A stretch of DNA of 64,000 nt from Zootoca vivipara (GCF_963506605.1 NC_083278.1:75268001-75332000), one strand, 5' to 3'. Positions 38,613 through 52,560 are shown, numbered from the stretch's first letter. The notes: generated by a model from the letters alone, not told the origin. Numbers and translations are program-made.

Positions 38613-39918
38613 ATTATTTATTTAGTTTCGGATAAAATTTTAAATTTTGGCGAGTAAAGGAAATATACTAAAATAATCTTGAATATAAGGCCTTTATTAT
38701 TTTTTCTGCCTACAAATTCCTTCAGCACAACCTTAATTAAATTTATTATCTCCACTGTGGTGCAGACTAATGTTTTACTTTCAGTCAGTCATTTTGAATG
38801 TATTATTCATCATTATAAAAAATTAATTGGAATATTAATGATTCATTATAATAGCAGTGGTTCTGAGGATTTCATCTGCCCTGCTCACTTGTAACTGAAT
38901 AATTCCCAGTAATAAAATATGTAAGGGTAGGTAACTTCAGTATTCTATAGTTTTATAAAATATTATTTAACAAATAAATTTTAATTAAACAGCAAATGTA
39001 TCCTCCCCAGTACTTCATTGTTGGTCCATAAATAAGATGTCCATGTAATCATATTACCATTTCTTTTTCTTTAGTTGGTTTTTTTTAAAAAAAGACTTAA
39101 GAACAACAGATGCTTCTCAGGCATCTAGAAAACTAAGATGCATTTAGTAAAAAAATTAATATAGAAAAGAACAGGTGACAGATCTAACAAATTCTAAGTT
39201 CAGAAGTACAACGTAAAGTGGATACATTATGCGTTTTTCCCCTGCCAATAATTTACAGCTCTTTCTAGTATGTCTGGCTTTAGCCCTCAGTGGTGGGAGT
39301 ATCCGAATAGAAAGGGAAAACATAAGAAATGGGGAAGGCTGAAGAAAGAGCAGTATTTTTAAAGCATGTATAAGGGGTCTCACTGAGAGAAAAGGAAGTG
39401 AAAAGAAACAGTGACAATGGAGTTAAAACAAAAGATGAGAAGGGAAAAATGGAGAAGATGATGGTGAAGAAGAAGAGTGCATGGAAACTGCTTTATCACA
39501 TAAAGGAGATGCAAAAACTAAAGAAGCTAAAGGACAAGCACAATGAGGATAGGAGCTAGGACTTTATAAAACAAATGACAAGGAGAAGACAACTGAGTAG
39601 ATATCAACCCAATACAACTGTTTTATCCAAAGAAAAAGCAGAAGATGTGAATACTTTTTTTGTGAAGGGAATGCTTCATTGCTTGTATGGAGACTTGCTG
39701 TCGTTCATGCTTCACAAGTTGCAGTGGTTTCATAGTCACTGCACTACTTGAGAAATAATCTTGCAGAGTGAGCAACTGGGGCAGGTGAGCAGTAAATCTT
39801 GGGCTTTAATCTGGGTTGGTTCATGTAAACTGCAGCTGGCACAGGCGGCGACTGATGGACTCTTGACCTGGGACTCGGCTAGATAGGTAAAGAAAATGTG
39901 TTTTATATGCGTTGTATA

Positions 39919-39951
39919 TGCAGTATAACACTGTGACACCAGATGGCGCTG
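39919..39951 (+). promoter_or_regulatory. Candidate CTCF site with upstream motif
   Basis: Core GTGACACCAGATGGCGCTG (39933-39951), preceded at 5-bp spacing by TGCAGTATA. Motif match only. Confidence 0.6.
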
Positions 39952-40312
39952 TGGAGTCCTGTCTTTTCTAACCAGATTTCCTTGTATGAGTTTACAACAC
40001 GTTGAACTGAAAGACGTCTTTGATGTGTCTAGATCCAGCCCTGGTAGGACAGCGTAGGGCCCGAGGATGTCATGTATGTGGGGACAACTTCTGATTTGCT
40101 CTCCATCCTCCTCCCTTGCAACAATATTGTGGAAATTGAGGTATTGCAGTTGTACAAATACTTAGCACCTACTTAAACCGAGAAGTACTAAGAATTGCCT
40201 CTCTGGTGGGAGAAGAGTTGTATGGCTTCCACATGTTGTGGTTCTCTCCCTCATTCTCCTCTCCTCACAAAGAAACTGGCTGCTTAGCATTGTAGTTGTA
40301 CAAACAATAAAA

Positions 40313-40662
40313 AAGGTAAAGGACCCCTGACAGTTAATGTCACAAATAACTCTGGGGTTACAGTGCTCATCTCGCTTTACTGGCTGAGGGAGCCGGCGTT
40401 TGTCCGCAGACAGTTTTTCCGGGTCTTGTGACCAACATGACTAAGCCGCTTCTGGCGAAACCAGAGCAGCGCACGGAAACACTGTTTACCTTCCCACCGG
40501 AGCGGTACCTATTTATCTACTTGCACTTTGATGTGCTTTCGAACTGCTAGGTGGGCAGGAGCAGGGACTGAGCAACGGGAGCTCACCCTATCGCGGGGAT
40601 TCGAACCGCCGACCTTCCGACCGGCAAGCCCTAGGCTCAGTGGTTTAGACCATGGCACCACC
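40313..40662 (-). mobile_element. Sauria SINE, near full length
   Basis: Reverse-complement match to 54785-55141. Confidence 0.92.
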
Positions 40663-43030
40663 CACAAATAATTAGCACTTAAACATAAAAACACTTGACC
40701 TTAACCTTAAACATATAAGTATTTATTATATGGGCTGGTGTGGTACAATAACAACATTCAGAAGTAAGCCCTACTGATTTCCATATAGATTGCTCCCTGA
40801 CAAGTGTGTACAGGATTGCAGCCTGAATTAGTCTTAAAAGGTGCTATCACAGGGCTGCTAACAAGGGCTTCCATGGATTTGGGAGTCATTCCCCCTCCTC
40901 AAGCTTATTCATTTTTTACTTTCCAGTATGTGGAATAAGGTTGAGGCATATATAGACTAGGACCTGGAAGACCAGGGTTAAAATTACTCTGTCATGAAGC
41001 TCATTTTGTGACCTTGGATCAATCACTGGGCAGGAGTCAGCTGTGGGTCTTTTCCCCTCTCTTTGCCCCATGCCCTTCCATGCCCCTGAAATTCATTTAG
41101 GGGGGCCTCGGAGAACCCCTGGAACATAGAAAAGGGAGGGGTAGGGCTTGTTCTGTCTGCAAGCCAAAATACTTGCACTGATGCAACGATCAGAAGAGCG
41201 CAACATTGAATTCCTCCCACTGTCTCTCAGTCTAACTGGCACCACAGGGTTGTTGGGTGGTTACCAGGGGGGAATAAAGAGAACCATGAGTGCTACTTTG
41301 AGCTCCTTGGAGGAAAAGAGATAAGATATTATATAAGATCAAATACAATAAATAAAACAAATACAAATTTTCTGCAGCTATTCAGAATAAAAATAGCATT
41401 ACAGTCAAGATCTATAAAGTTTTCATAATCCAGCATGAAATACATTAAACATTAGATCCCCTTGGGAGTTTTTCTTTAAAGTTTTTGTGTGGTGTGAAAA
41501 ACAAGATAAAAGATAGCAGTGACTTACCACCAGAGCTGGCCTATTTTTGCATTAGATAATAAACACGACCATAATATCCTTCAGGCTGTTGTGTGTATAT
41601 ATGCAATTGCAGCTTCCTTAAACTACTTCAGATTACTCAGTTGCCTATAATAGCTCATTTGGGCTGTTTATCATTTAGCTGATTGAAGCTTCTGAGCTTC
41701 TGTACTCAGTGCAAGGATCCTTTTCAAGTGTGAAGCACTCAATATCACAAACAGAATCAGTGAAACATTTAGAAACAATTTGCCCCTAGTTAAGAAAATA
41801 CTTTATTCCTAGAGGCTTTGGTTTACGTAGGAGGAAAGGAGTTAAATTAAATTTATTATAAGAACAATAATGGCTGTTTATCCAAATCCTCGTCTCCCAG
41901 AGATAAAGGAGTGTGTCCTAAATAAATGAATGGTTTTCCCCAGTGTTTTATAGTTGATACTATTTTAACTGTTCCTTCAATAAATAAAATACTGTGATAG
42001 AAAATTGTAAAAGCACAAAAGCGGACAATAATATTTGTTAAAAAGCTTTGTGAATCTAAATTGTGAATTTAACTGGCAAGTCCAAGAAAAACAAGGAGCT
42101 GCAGTTAGGAAAAGGCAAGGTTGGGTATGTCAGGAAAATGCATTTATGAGCATAAGCAGATAACAGTGAAGTCATGCAGTCATGCTTGCTGGCTTCTTTA
42201 TAATGTATACATTATTATGCAAAGTAGTGTGAATATTATTTGGTGTTCGGGGGAGGCTGGTTTTTACTATTTCTTTAAAACTGCAACTATTAGATAAATA
42301 TGTTGCAAATGCTATAATATGATGATTCTATAAAAGAAATATCAAATCATTTTAAGTATATAAAAAAAGACCGGTAAGGAACATAAAGATGTTCCATTAT
42401 AAAAACCATTCTGGGTTGCTGTCATTTATGTCACAAGTAAATGACAGCACCTAGTTTTGATTTCAATGTGGCTAAATTTCCACATCTCTGGGTTTTGGAA
42501 AATGGGTAACTGAACGGTGAGTGTGTGGACAGAAGAAATTTCTCCCTCTGTCCTATATAGCAGAAGGAAATATACCAGATCCCTTTCTGAACCAGATTTA
42601 AATAAAGCCAAATGCTTCCCCAAAACAAAATGTGTATAAACTTTACAGCAGAAGTGTTGGGTCGATTGCGTACTGATTACGGTTTTAGAATCTTGCATGT
42701 GAATGTTTGGTTCTAGGTAATCTTGGTTCTTAGGCTTTGTATACTGTAGTGGAACATTAAGCCTCTGCAATTTTTGAGGTATGATTTTATGGTGTACACA
42801 CACACTTACACTAATTAACTGGAATCTTAAAAATAGGTGAGGCAAGCAAAATAACACAATGAAGATTGTGCATACAGTTGTTAAGTTAGCAATTTTATTG
42901 GCTTTTAAGAGTTGCTTTCTTCACTAATATATTTAATCACAGTAATACATTGTACACGTGTATATTTGATGGCCAAGGTTAGCCAGAAAATGAGATTTAG
43001 CATGCTTATATATGACTTGTGTGTGTGTGT

Positions 43031-43076
<46 letters not shown>

Positions 43077-43299
43077 AATTCACTGCTACTTTATTCCTCT
43101 GTGATTTTTATGCCGCAGAAGATTTGTTCTCACTCTTGGTCTCTCTATTCTATGTCAATAATCTTCACTTATCACGATTAGGCATGTGATCTTACCATCC
43201 TTCATAATTTCACGCTTGAGTTATTTGAGACCTCTCACTCAGGTAGATGCCATTTTGCTCCCAGGACCTACAGCTACATTTCCCTGTGTCATTAATGTC

Positions 43300-43620
43300 A
43301 GTGTGCACTGTGACTGTTGACCCCATCCCAGCACTATCTACTAGGCTATCTAGATGAGGGGCAACACCTGCAACCATCATGCTAGGCAGGAAATTCACCT
43401 CGTGTACGCACATTGGAGCTGTCATCCTGTGAGTGTGATACAGCTATAATATCCCTGAAGGCCTCATCCACAAACCTTTCTTCTTCTCTCAGGTTTTCTT
43501 CTTCTCTCAGCCACCTTGGCTTCAAGGAAATGAAATTGTGGAGATCCAAGAGCTCATTGCACTGAAGACACAACCACAAGTTCTATCTGGCAGGAAGATA
43601 GTTGTACATGTGACACATTG
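43300..43620 (-). mobile_element. CR1 ORF1-like fragment (degenerate)
   Basis: Minus strand encodes CHMYNYLP...WLCLQCNELL...LREEERFVDEAFRD, resembling the CR1 ORF1 zinc-finger/coiled-coil N-terminus. Confidence 0.55.
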
Positions 43621-43684
43621 CGCAAAACAATGGAAAGCTTCTGATTTTCTGTCTGCGTAACTGTTTTTGTAGTTTATTGAGTTA

Positions 43685-43980
43685 CAGTGGTACCTCGACT
43701 TACGAACGATTCGACAACCGAATTTTTAGACTTACGAATGGGGAAAATGGCCGCACGCTTACAAATTTCTCGACATCCGAACGGAAACCGCGGCGGTTTT
43801 AGATAGGGTTTTTTCGACTTACAAATTTTTTGATAGGGTTGCTTCGACTTTCAATTTTTTTCGTTTCCAATGCATTCCTATGGGAAATCGCGTTTCCAAT
43901 GGCGCTTTCCCACTTACAATTTTTTTGACCTACGAAGGTGCCTTCGGAACGGATTAAATTTGTAAGTTGAGGCACCACTG
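43685..43980. mobile_element. Tc1/mariner (Tigger/pogo-like) MITE
   Basis: TIR CAGTGGTACCTCGACTTAC / GTAAGTTGAGGCACCACTG; TA TSD; CpG-rich interior. A related right end lies at ~24560-24754. Confidence 0.88.
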
Positions 43981-44819
43981 TACTTTATTAGAAGCTTGGG
44001 TTTTGTTTTGATCAAGGAAAGGAGGAGCAGAGCAGTGTACCCTGGACTTCTTGCCCTGCTGCCAAACTCATTTGGCTGTTTAACTTGCCTTGACACTTTG
44101 TTAGCTGGGGCAGACACACTTCATAAGCTGGGGCTGTCTGTTTCTAGTCTCCTCATGGCTGTGCGAGAAGGGAGAGCATGCAAACCTGAGACTTACAAAA
44201 GCCTTGTTCCTGTAATTATAAACCATGGTATAACGTATATCCAAAATAGCCAGTGAGTGCTAGACATCAAATAATAGTTGGAGCACTGCTGTAAACTGAA
44301 AATCATTATATTTTACTTTGCAACTCTGCTGTCAAATGCAGTCACAACGGCTCCTGCCAGTAGAATTTGATCTTAAATAATGTTACAGTATAAACCTGAT
44401 TGTGATTGACAATTGTTACTCTCTTGAATAGCAAAGTTCTGGTGACTGGTTTCTTTACTACTTGGTAGGGACTCTTTTCCCCCCTACATGTATACATGCA
44501 TTCCTGCTAGTAAGGTCGTCACCACCCCATCTTTACACAGATTCATTTAATTAATGTGAATTTCCTAGAATAGCTTATTGGAGTAAATTAGTTTTCATGT
44601 GCTCCCCCTGCCTTTCTTCAGATGGCTCTTTGGGTTAATTAAGGCTGCAATCCTAAACACATTTACTAGACTCTAGAGGGTAAGTCTCACTGAATTTAGA
44701 GGAAATTATTTTTCTCTTAACACACTTAGGATTGCCCTGTAAGTAAGGAATGCTCTGTCAACAACTAAATGATAAGCAGTGCTTCGCTGAATGCTGTCTT
44801 CATGTTTTTTTCCAACTAG

Positions 44820-44924
44820 AATGTTCCTCCGGATCTCTCCATCTGCACTTTTGTGCTGGAACAGTCCTTGTCTGTGCGCGCCCTCCAGGAAATGCTGGCC
44901 AACACTGAGGAGAAAGCAGAAGGG
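44820..44924 (+). CDS. RYR2: RYR2 exon 3 (105 nt, phase 0-0)
   Basis: TTTTTTTCCAACTAG acceptor, GGG|GTGAGC donor. Translates [35 protein letters not shown]. Confidence 0.98.
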
Positions 44925-47900
44925 GTGAGCAGCAATGACTCCACCTTTTAATTAATTTGCAATTGCTTTTGGATTCTATTAAGTGTCTTGTTGACCTTGA
45001 TGCTTTTTATTAACACCTCAGCTTTGGGAATCCTATCACACTCCCTATTTTATTGGAAGTTTACATTCTCAGAAAACGTGAATGACCAAAGCCATGGAAA
45101 ACTTAAAACCAAACATGAAAATGCCCCCCAGCAGTCATTATGTTTGCAAACCAGAAAAATGTATGAATATTTTGTTTTCATTATACTTTCCACATGACCG
45201 TTACAAAATATGGCATATATATCAGTCTTGGAAACCAGATAGGCATCATATACTTATATAATTTGAGTGCTTTATGCCTAGTTTTAATCATGCAATTTAT
45301 CAGTTTCTAATGAATATTGATTTTTAGTCTTCTCATTTTGTATTTTATATATGTTATATAATCAATATGGTGCTTGTATCTAGAAGTATATACAACTTTT
45401 ATTTTTTTAAAATACACATTAGTTAGTGTATTATACAAAATATAGTCTGATTTTCCTGTACCGCATAGTGATGGTATTAAACTTTTTAAATGATGTTTTA
45501 CATATGTTCTTTCACAATAATAAAGCTAGCTGGTGCTTGATAGATTTCTGCTTTTGCCTTTCTTCCTCTCTATTTCATCTTCTTCAGTTTGAAGAAGAAA
45601 TAACCAGCTTCTACAAGAAGAATTGCATCATTCAATCTTACCCTCTTGTACAGGTGTCTGATTAATTTCTGCAGTTCAGTTCTTGCAGTGTGTCACAACT
45701 ACCTTGAATTCCTGGTAACATTGTTTAGGAGTCCCCAGTAAATAAACAAGCACTTTATTGAACCTGGCCATAAATGAAAACCAATTAAGAGATGCTAGGT
45801 AAGATTAAAAGCAGTAGGAATGAAATATGTGCCTGTAGGAACAGTTCATAGTTGAAATAGGTAGAATTGGTTAGATCTTTTATAAATCTAACTTGTTGTC
45901 AATATTCCTTACTTGCCTTGAAATCAATTAAATCAAACTGTGTGGGCAAAGCTTTGGTGAACAGCTGACCCAAAGCTTCACTATGGGTCTTGTGGAGCTC
46001 TGTGTCATGGGGATTTTGAAGCTGCTCCAGCCTCCTAACTGGTCTGATATTTACCTTGAGCTGTCCAGGGTGCTACTTTGTTTGCTTGAATTTGCCTTAT
46101 CTTAGTGGTGGGGAACCACAGTTCTGGGGTGCAAATGCTGTCTATCTGACCCTTGGGACTTTGCGCAGGCCATACTTGCTCCAATACCTTCTTCACACAC
46201 CCCTTGATTTATTTATTTTTTGCTTGGCTAGGATGTGCCGTTGAACCCTAATAATGCTTCTTGTTTGCCTGAATGGAAGAGAGAGAGGTGTGTGTATGTA
46301 CAAAACCAGCTTACAAGACAAAGGTAAAAGGACGGGCTTGATGTGAACTGTGTCAGCCTGGAACCTTCTTGTAGTTATTTGAAGAAGGATGCTTATATAT
46401 TTGAGGATCCTGTTTTGAATGCTTCTCCCTCCCACTGCCAATACCGGTAGGAGTGTCCAACGTTTAGGACTGCACATGGCAAAATTCAGTGATATCCCTA
46501 ATTATAATAACTCGGTATCTGTTAAAACCAGTCTAAAAGCTGGATTGAGAACAAAGATCACAAGTGCCTAATAAACCCCACAAAAAAACCCCTCCAGGAA
46601 AATCAACAAAAGATTCTGATGTTTGGAGGACTTCATGGTGAAAGTCAGAGAGCCTATTACAGGATGAGAACAGGATGAGTTTCACTAGGCACTTTGCTAT
46701 AGGGATAATTAAATATAACCTCCCCACATTGCTACCCCATTTGCAGGCAGCACATGTTTGGGGGAGGGGATTCAAAAATTCCAGGAAGCTTTTGTTATTT
46801 TACCATCGGTGGCTTATTTGTTCATTGTTCTTTTTTTAAAAAAAAGAAAAATATGATTTCAGATTTTGAGATACAGTTATAGAAGAGCAAGTTGTCAGTT
46901 TGTTTTTACTATGATGTCCTGGTTACTGCAGTGTCTTGGGTGTCTTTGTGTAGCATGCTCAGAGCTCATCCCTGTGTTCTAATACTAATTGTGATAAAAG
47001 GTGGATTTCCTCAGCTGCAGCAGAAACAAATGGGAATGTTACCTCTTTAAAGTCCTGCGCTTGATCTGTCTCACGTGAACAGCAACTGCATCATCTCATC
47101 TTTCTTTAAACTAATATTTTGGAGTCTAAATAGTTTCTGTTTAATATCTTATAACCAAAATGTAATCAGAAAAGATTTGTATGATGGACTGGCCATAAAC
47201 CTTGTCATACTTAATTATAAAAATCTGTTCTTCTGTGATTTGTTCCAGAATCTTGTGCTTAGCATGTTGCTTGTATATCCAACCGTCTGGCCTAGTTTAT
47301 ATCAGAGCTGACATAAAGTACTATAATACACTGCACACATCTGTAGAAGCATCCTTCAGTTAATATAAAGGATAAAATGCAAATGGCTTATGTGCACAAT
47401 CCATGAAGACACTTTCCTTTTCAGAGCTATCATAAAGAATACTATTAATTAGAGTGAGCAAGAAACCATGTCCTTGTCCAATTTCCTGCTGGAAGCTTTG
47501 TCTTCCCCATTTTTAAGGTACACCGAGTATTGTCCCTTGTCTTGTTTCCTCAATCCCCACCTTTGTTTTTTGTGGTTCAGCCACTATTCTGTAAGAAGTG
47601 CCAGTTTTTCAGGAGAGGCAGAGTTATAATGGAAGGAACTGAATGAAGGAAATAATATATGATACTTAAAGTTTTGGAAAATAAGCTGTGGGGTGACAAG
47701 AACATTTTCTGTGCCTCATATGTGGGATATGATGCTGAAAAAGTATGTACAGTTTTCTGAGTTTTTAGGATGAAGCAATTTGGTAAGCAAAATATAGGCT
47801 CTATCTTAATATGGCTGGATCTGAACTTTGATTATAAATGGAAAGATAAATTGCATGCCTCTATTACAGAAAATAAAACCTCAGACTATGTAAACAGATC

Positions 47901-49618
47901 TACATCTTTCAGTTGCAATATAAAATTTGCTGCCAGGCTTGGTTTTACACCTGAGATTGCATCTGTAATAGCTCATAGGAAATGAATAAAATAAAGTGAA
48001 AATATATAAGCCTGATATGTATACACATGAAATATTTACTCTAGGAAAAAAAAATCAAGTTCTATGAAGTACAATTTTGTTGTTTCTTAATGGGGGAGGG
48101 GTGGCACCTGTACCCAAGCATCCTTGGAAAAGGCAGGTCCTACCCCCTACCCCCTTTGTAGCTATCATTCCAGCAGTGTTATGGACTCTAGGAAGACTAT
48201 TTTAGGATGCAGCTTCTAGGGCATATGCAGTGCTCGGATTTGGAATGCTACTTTTTTGTGCCTCCTTGTCAAAATTAAACTGTTGTGAAAGTGTACTGAG
48301 CATTACGTATTGGAGGCCAGAGCAGCCCTTTGAGAGCAAGATTACTACATAAGCCATGCAAAAATGATTGCAAAGCCAAAATATAATTGTTCTATCAGGG
48401 CAGTTTAGATAGATGCACTGATTATTGCATTGAACGTTGAGGCATTTGTAAACCATGCCATCTGAGAGGAATATGTCCTTTAACTGTGATGATACAGTGC
48501 TTGTCTGAATAAAGAATTGAGGGGTGTGTGTAGAAACCTTTTGACTTTTGCATGGCTGGAATGTAGCCTACTGTTGCCTCTGGCCCTGCTTGCCACTGAT
48601 AATAATGCAGCCCCCCTCATGAGGGAATGCAGACCTCAGGATGAAAAATATCCCGCTGTATACTGCCAAAGCTACATTCAGAGTCTCATTTCTGTGTGGA
48701 TTTCCTTTGGCCTCTTGAATGTAGACTTTATTGTGAGAAGAAAAATTGGGCACGTGTGGGCGAAAGTACTTTAAGTACTGCTAATTTTTTTAAATACGAA
48801 TTTTGAGTTCAGTTTAGTGTGTACAGTTTAGAAGATATTTCTTACTGGTGAAAGAAACGTGAAGAACTGCAATGGAGGGACAGCTAATGAATGCAACTAC
48901 GGTAATAATGAAGTCTGAACCCTAAGTGGATCCAACTTTTGCAGAAAGATTTCTGACTAAAACTTAGAGACAACAGCAACAACCACAACAACAACTACTA
49001 CAACAACATAGCAACAAGACGCAGCCTGGACTGATATCATGTTTATACTGTGTTACCAATTACTGACCAAACCAGTCTGCTTAGTGATGATACTGATGCA
49101 AAAATGTTTGCTTAATGTTTTGCTGGATTTTATTGCATTTTGAAATCATGTACAGTACTGACGTTTTTGCTTGTGATTTATAGGAAGCGCTTAGAGATTT
49201 TGTTATATTAATCAGCATGTAAATTATTCAAATGAAAAATAACATGCATTTAATTTCAGTACAAATAATATATGGCTATTGGGTGGGATTAAACTAACAA
49301 GGCCTGTGAATGGATGGACTTCTGTTTCTGCACTGGGGCTTTGCCCTCTTTCCTGCCCCCTGGAGGGATTGGGAGACACCCCCCCCCCGGAACAGTGCGC
49401 AGAGGAGGAAGGGTAATCACCCTGCTTGGCAAGTCAAAATCTCAGTGCAACGTTTAATTCCCCCCACAAGCATTTGTAAGAAAAGGGTTTGGAAACCATG
49501 TCCTTGTGATAACCATTCTTATTAATGGTATTTCTATCAAAATGTGAGTGCTAAATTGCAAAATACCACATTTAGTAAGGAACTCATTTTTGTTTTGTTT
49601 TGTTTTTTCTCCCTACAG

Positions 49619-49639
49619 CTAGTTGATGTGGAAAAATGG
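49619..49639 (+). CDS. RYR2: RYR2 exon 4, 21-nt microexon
   Basis: Long TTTTG-rich tract plus CCCTACAG acceptor, TGG|GTATGT donor. Translates LVDVEKW (human RyR2 QVDVEKW, from memory). Confidence 0.95.
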
Positions 49640-52155
49640 GTATGTGCTTGACTCTCTTGACCCAAAATAATCCTTTGTCTATCACAGAGTCTAAATTGTC
49701 TGTGTTTTTTGTATTCTGTCTGTACCACAACACTAATTTGCTTAGCTCAAAACAATTTTTTTTAAAACTTCTTTAATAATGATAGCTGGGACTGTTGAGT
49801 TCTTGAAATAGTTCCCAAACTTCTTAAAATACGACTAATGAAATGTGTTCTCATTCATCCTTGTTTAGTACAATTTTTTAAAAGGGATTCTCCCTTGTAG
49901 TTTTGAGCTTTGCAATTTCATCCTGTAAATGTATGTCCTTTAAATCTGTCATTATTTGTGACATTTGTCTGAACACATCTTAAGTGAATAATGCATGTGA
50001 ATACCATAATTTTTCCTCTGTGTTTATAACTGATGTATTGTTTTATTTATAAAATAGTGTGTATTAAGCTTTTCAAGGTAATGAACAGATGTCAGAGAAT
50101 TTATAGAAAACAATTCACTACATATATCTTGCCCAATCTCATCTTATTCTTCTAATTCTGTATTAAATCTGTGCATTGATATGTAATGAATTTCTGTGAG
50201 CTATTGGGATTGGAAACCTTTGACAATATGTCTTCCATTTGTGTGTGTTAATATCGTATTTGTGTGTAGAAATCTAGGCATGCAAGTAATGTATTTTCTG
50301 TGTGTAGAATCTCTTGAGCATGTCTAACTTTTTATTTTGTATAGTAAGATGTTGGCACTCAAAGTCTATTTGCATTATTTCAGAGGTATCTACTTTTGAA
50401 AAGTCTATGTTTGCATGTTTACATGATTCTAATTTTTATTTGCTAATTGTGTGGATTGCTGTGTCTTTAGTTTCTTCCCTCAAATTACTTTCGTTGTCTT
50501 CTCTATAATGAGTTATAAACCCATATTTTAAAAATAAATGCATTAGTATAATATGATTTTACAAGAATTCAAGAAAGAACTATACTATATTTCTCACATT
50601 TCAGCACCTTAGCTGTGGCTATGCCAGCCATATGGTAAAAATGTCCCCCTAAATATTTGTATCCCTTTTCAGAAACTTGAGTAACTAAAAATTAAACTGT
50701 CCTAAGTCATGGACTAGCAAAATAAGGATCACACTGTAATCCAACCCAGGAAACTTGTTTACTACACAGTGTAAATTAGGTAGCAGAAGTATCGGGCTCT
50801 TACTCATATACCCAATTGAATTCCTTTTCATTTAGAAACCTAGCATTGTATCCAGTGCTAGGCCTAATAAAAATAGACCCGCTGATGATAATAGAGATGA
50901 CTAGCTTAAGTTCATCAATTTAAATGGGTCTGCTCTCAATGGGACTAAGTTAGACAGAACCCTAATACTTCTTAATGCTATTAACCTCTCTTTGGAAAAG
51001 GACTATATTCTGATTTCTAATATTATTGTATTTTATAACTATTGTGTACATTAATTCAGTGAATTTTAAATGAACACAATGATGGGTATTTCTTTGAAAT
51101 GTTTCCATATGCTTGAGATTTGAGATTTGAGCAGTCTACAATTATATTGTTCAACAATATTGAAATGAAAAATTGTTTTCTAGATACTGTAAACGTATAG
51201 AATAACAAACTACATACTGTCTCTGCACCCTCTTACCCCTAATATTTCTCCTCTCATATTTGCATCTAATTTAGGATGACTGCCCTTAATAATCTTGCTA
51301 AAACTTTAGCACTGGCAAGTCCAAATGAGAGAGTGCCAAGCGTAGAGCAAAATACACATGCAGGTCTCCCAACCAGTGTTTTGTGCTGTTTACGGTTTAT
51401 CTGGTTATCAAAGGAGTAAGCAGTGTTAACAAATCAGTGCCTTCTGCCAGCTGTAGCATCCATAACATAAGGTGGCCACCTGTATTGTAAGGCTTTACCA
51501 CAGAAAGGTGGGAGATGTAAAACATAGGGAAGTATCTACATAAGCTGTGTTCCATATTTTTCTGGAGTTGTTACGGAGCATGTGGTTCCTTGGCTAGTTT
51601 AATGGATTTTCCAAGTTCCTTCATTTTGTTCCTAGAGCAGGTCTTGCGTTGATGTATGTAGGTGTCATTTAGTTTAGTTCACCTGTGACAGAACTGGCTG
51701 GGGGAGTGGAGAAAAAACAGATTCTTTTCCTTGTGGCAGGCCCAATGGTAGTTGTGTCAAACTTTATGCCACAATTAGTTCAGGTCTGTTGGAGGTCCCT
51801 GAAGCATCATCTAGTAATGGCCTGTGGAATAAGTTCAAGATGATGCAGCCTGAGGATATGGACATGGCCTTTGTAGCAGTGAGGCTATCTTGTGTCCTTT
51901 AGATCAGTGCCCTTCATGGCTGATAAAATCTAGGAGGGGGGAATTGACTAGATGGTGCAGGGAATGGTTAATGCTTCACTACATGAGGAAGTTACACTAC
52001 TTGCCTTGAAAGAGATGCAGTCACTCTTGAATATGTCTCCCCTGTATCCAGAAATTTTTAGAAAACAATCAGGGCTGTCTTAAGCATATGCGGTGCCGGG
52101 GTGCAAAGATTACAGAATGGGTCACTATTGAAAAGGCCTTATGCCTAGTGCATGC

Positions 52156-52270
52156 CTAGCTCAGTCTAGGCATGAGAATCCTAATCTCAGGGTCGTGGGT
52201 TTGAGCCCCATGTTGGGCAAAATATTCCTGCATTGTTGGACTAGATGGCTCTTGTGGTTCCTTCCAACAC
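52156..52270 (+). mobile_element. tRNA(Lys)-headed SINE with a CR1-like tail; related pieces at ~3500-3548, 32757-32900 and 36174-36310
   Basis: CTAGCTCAGT...AATCTCAGGGTCGTGGGTTTGAGCCCCATGTTGGGC head followed by GGACTAGATG...CCTTCCAAC. Confidence 0.65.
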
Positions 52271-52560
52271 CATGTGTCTATGAATCTAACTGATTTTAAA
52301 TGTGAGTCAACAGGTAGGGCCTCTGATCCAGATATCAAGGCACAGGCAGGCTCATACAGGGGCAAGTGGTCCTTCAAATAACCATGCCCCCAAACAATTT
52401 AAAGGCTTTAAAGGCCAAGACTGGCACTTTGAATTGGGCTTGGAAACACACTGGTAGCCAGTGGTGAATGCTTGCAATGTGCCTAGACTGCCTGGCCCCA
52501 CAAGCACAGAACTGGCCACATGCCGTATCAGCTGAAGCCACTGAGTGCATTTATCAAAGC

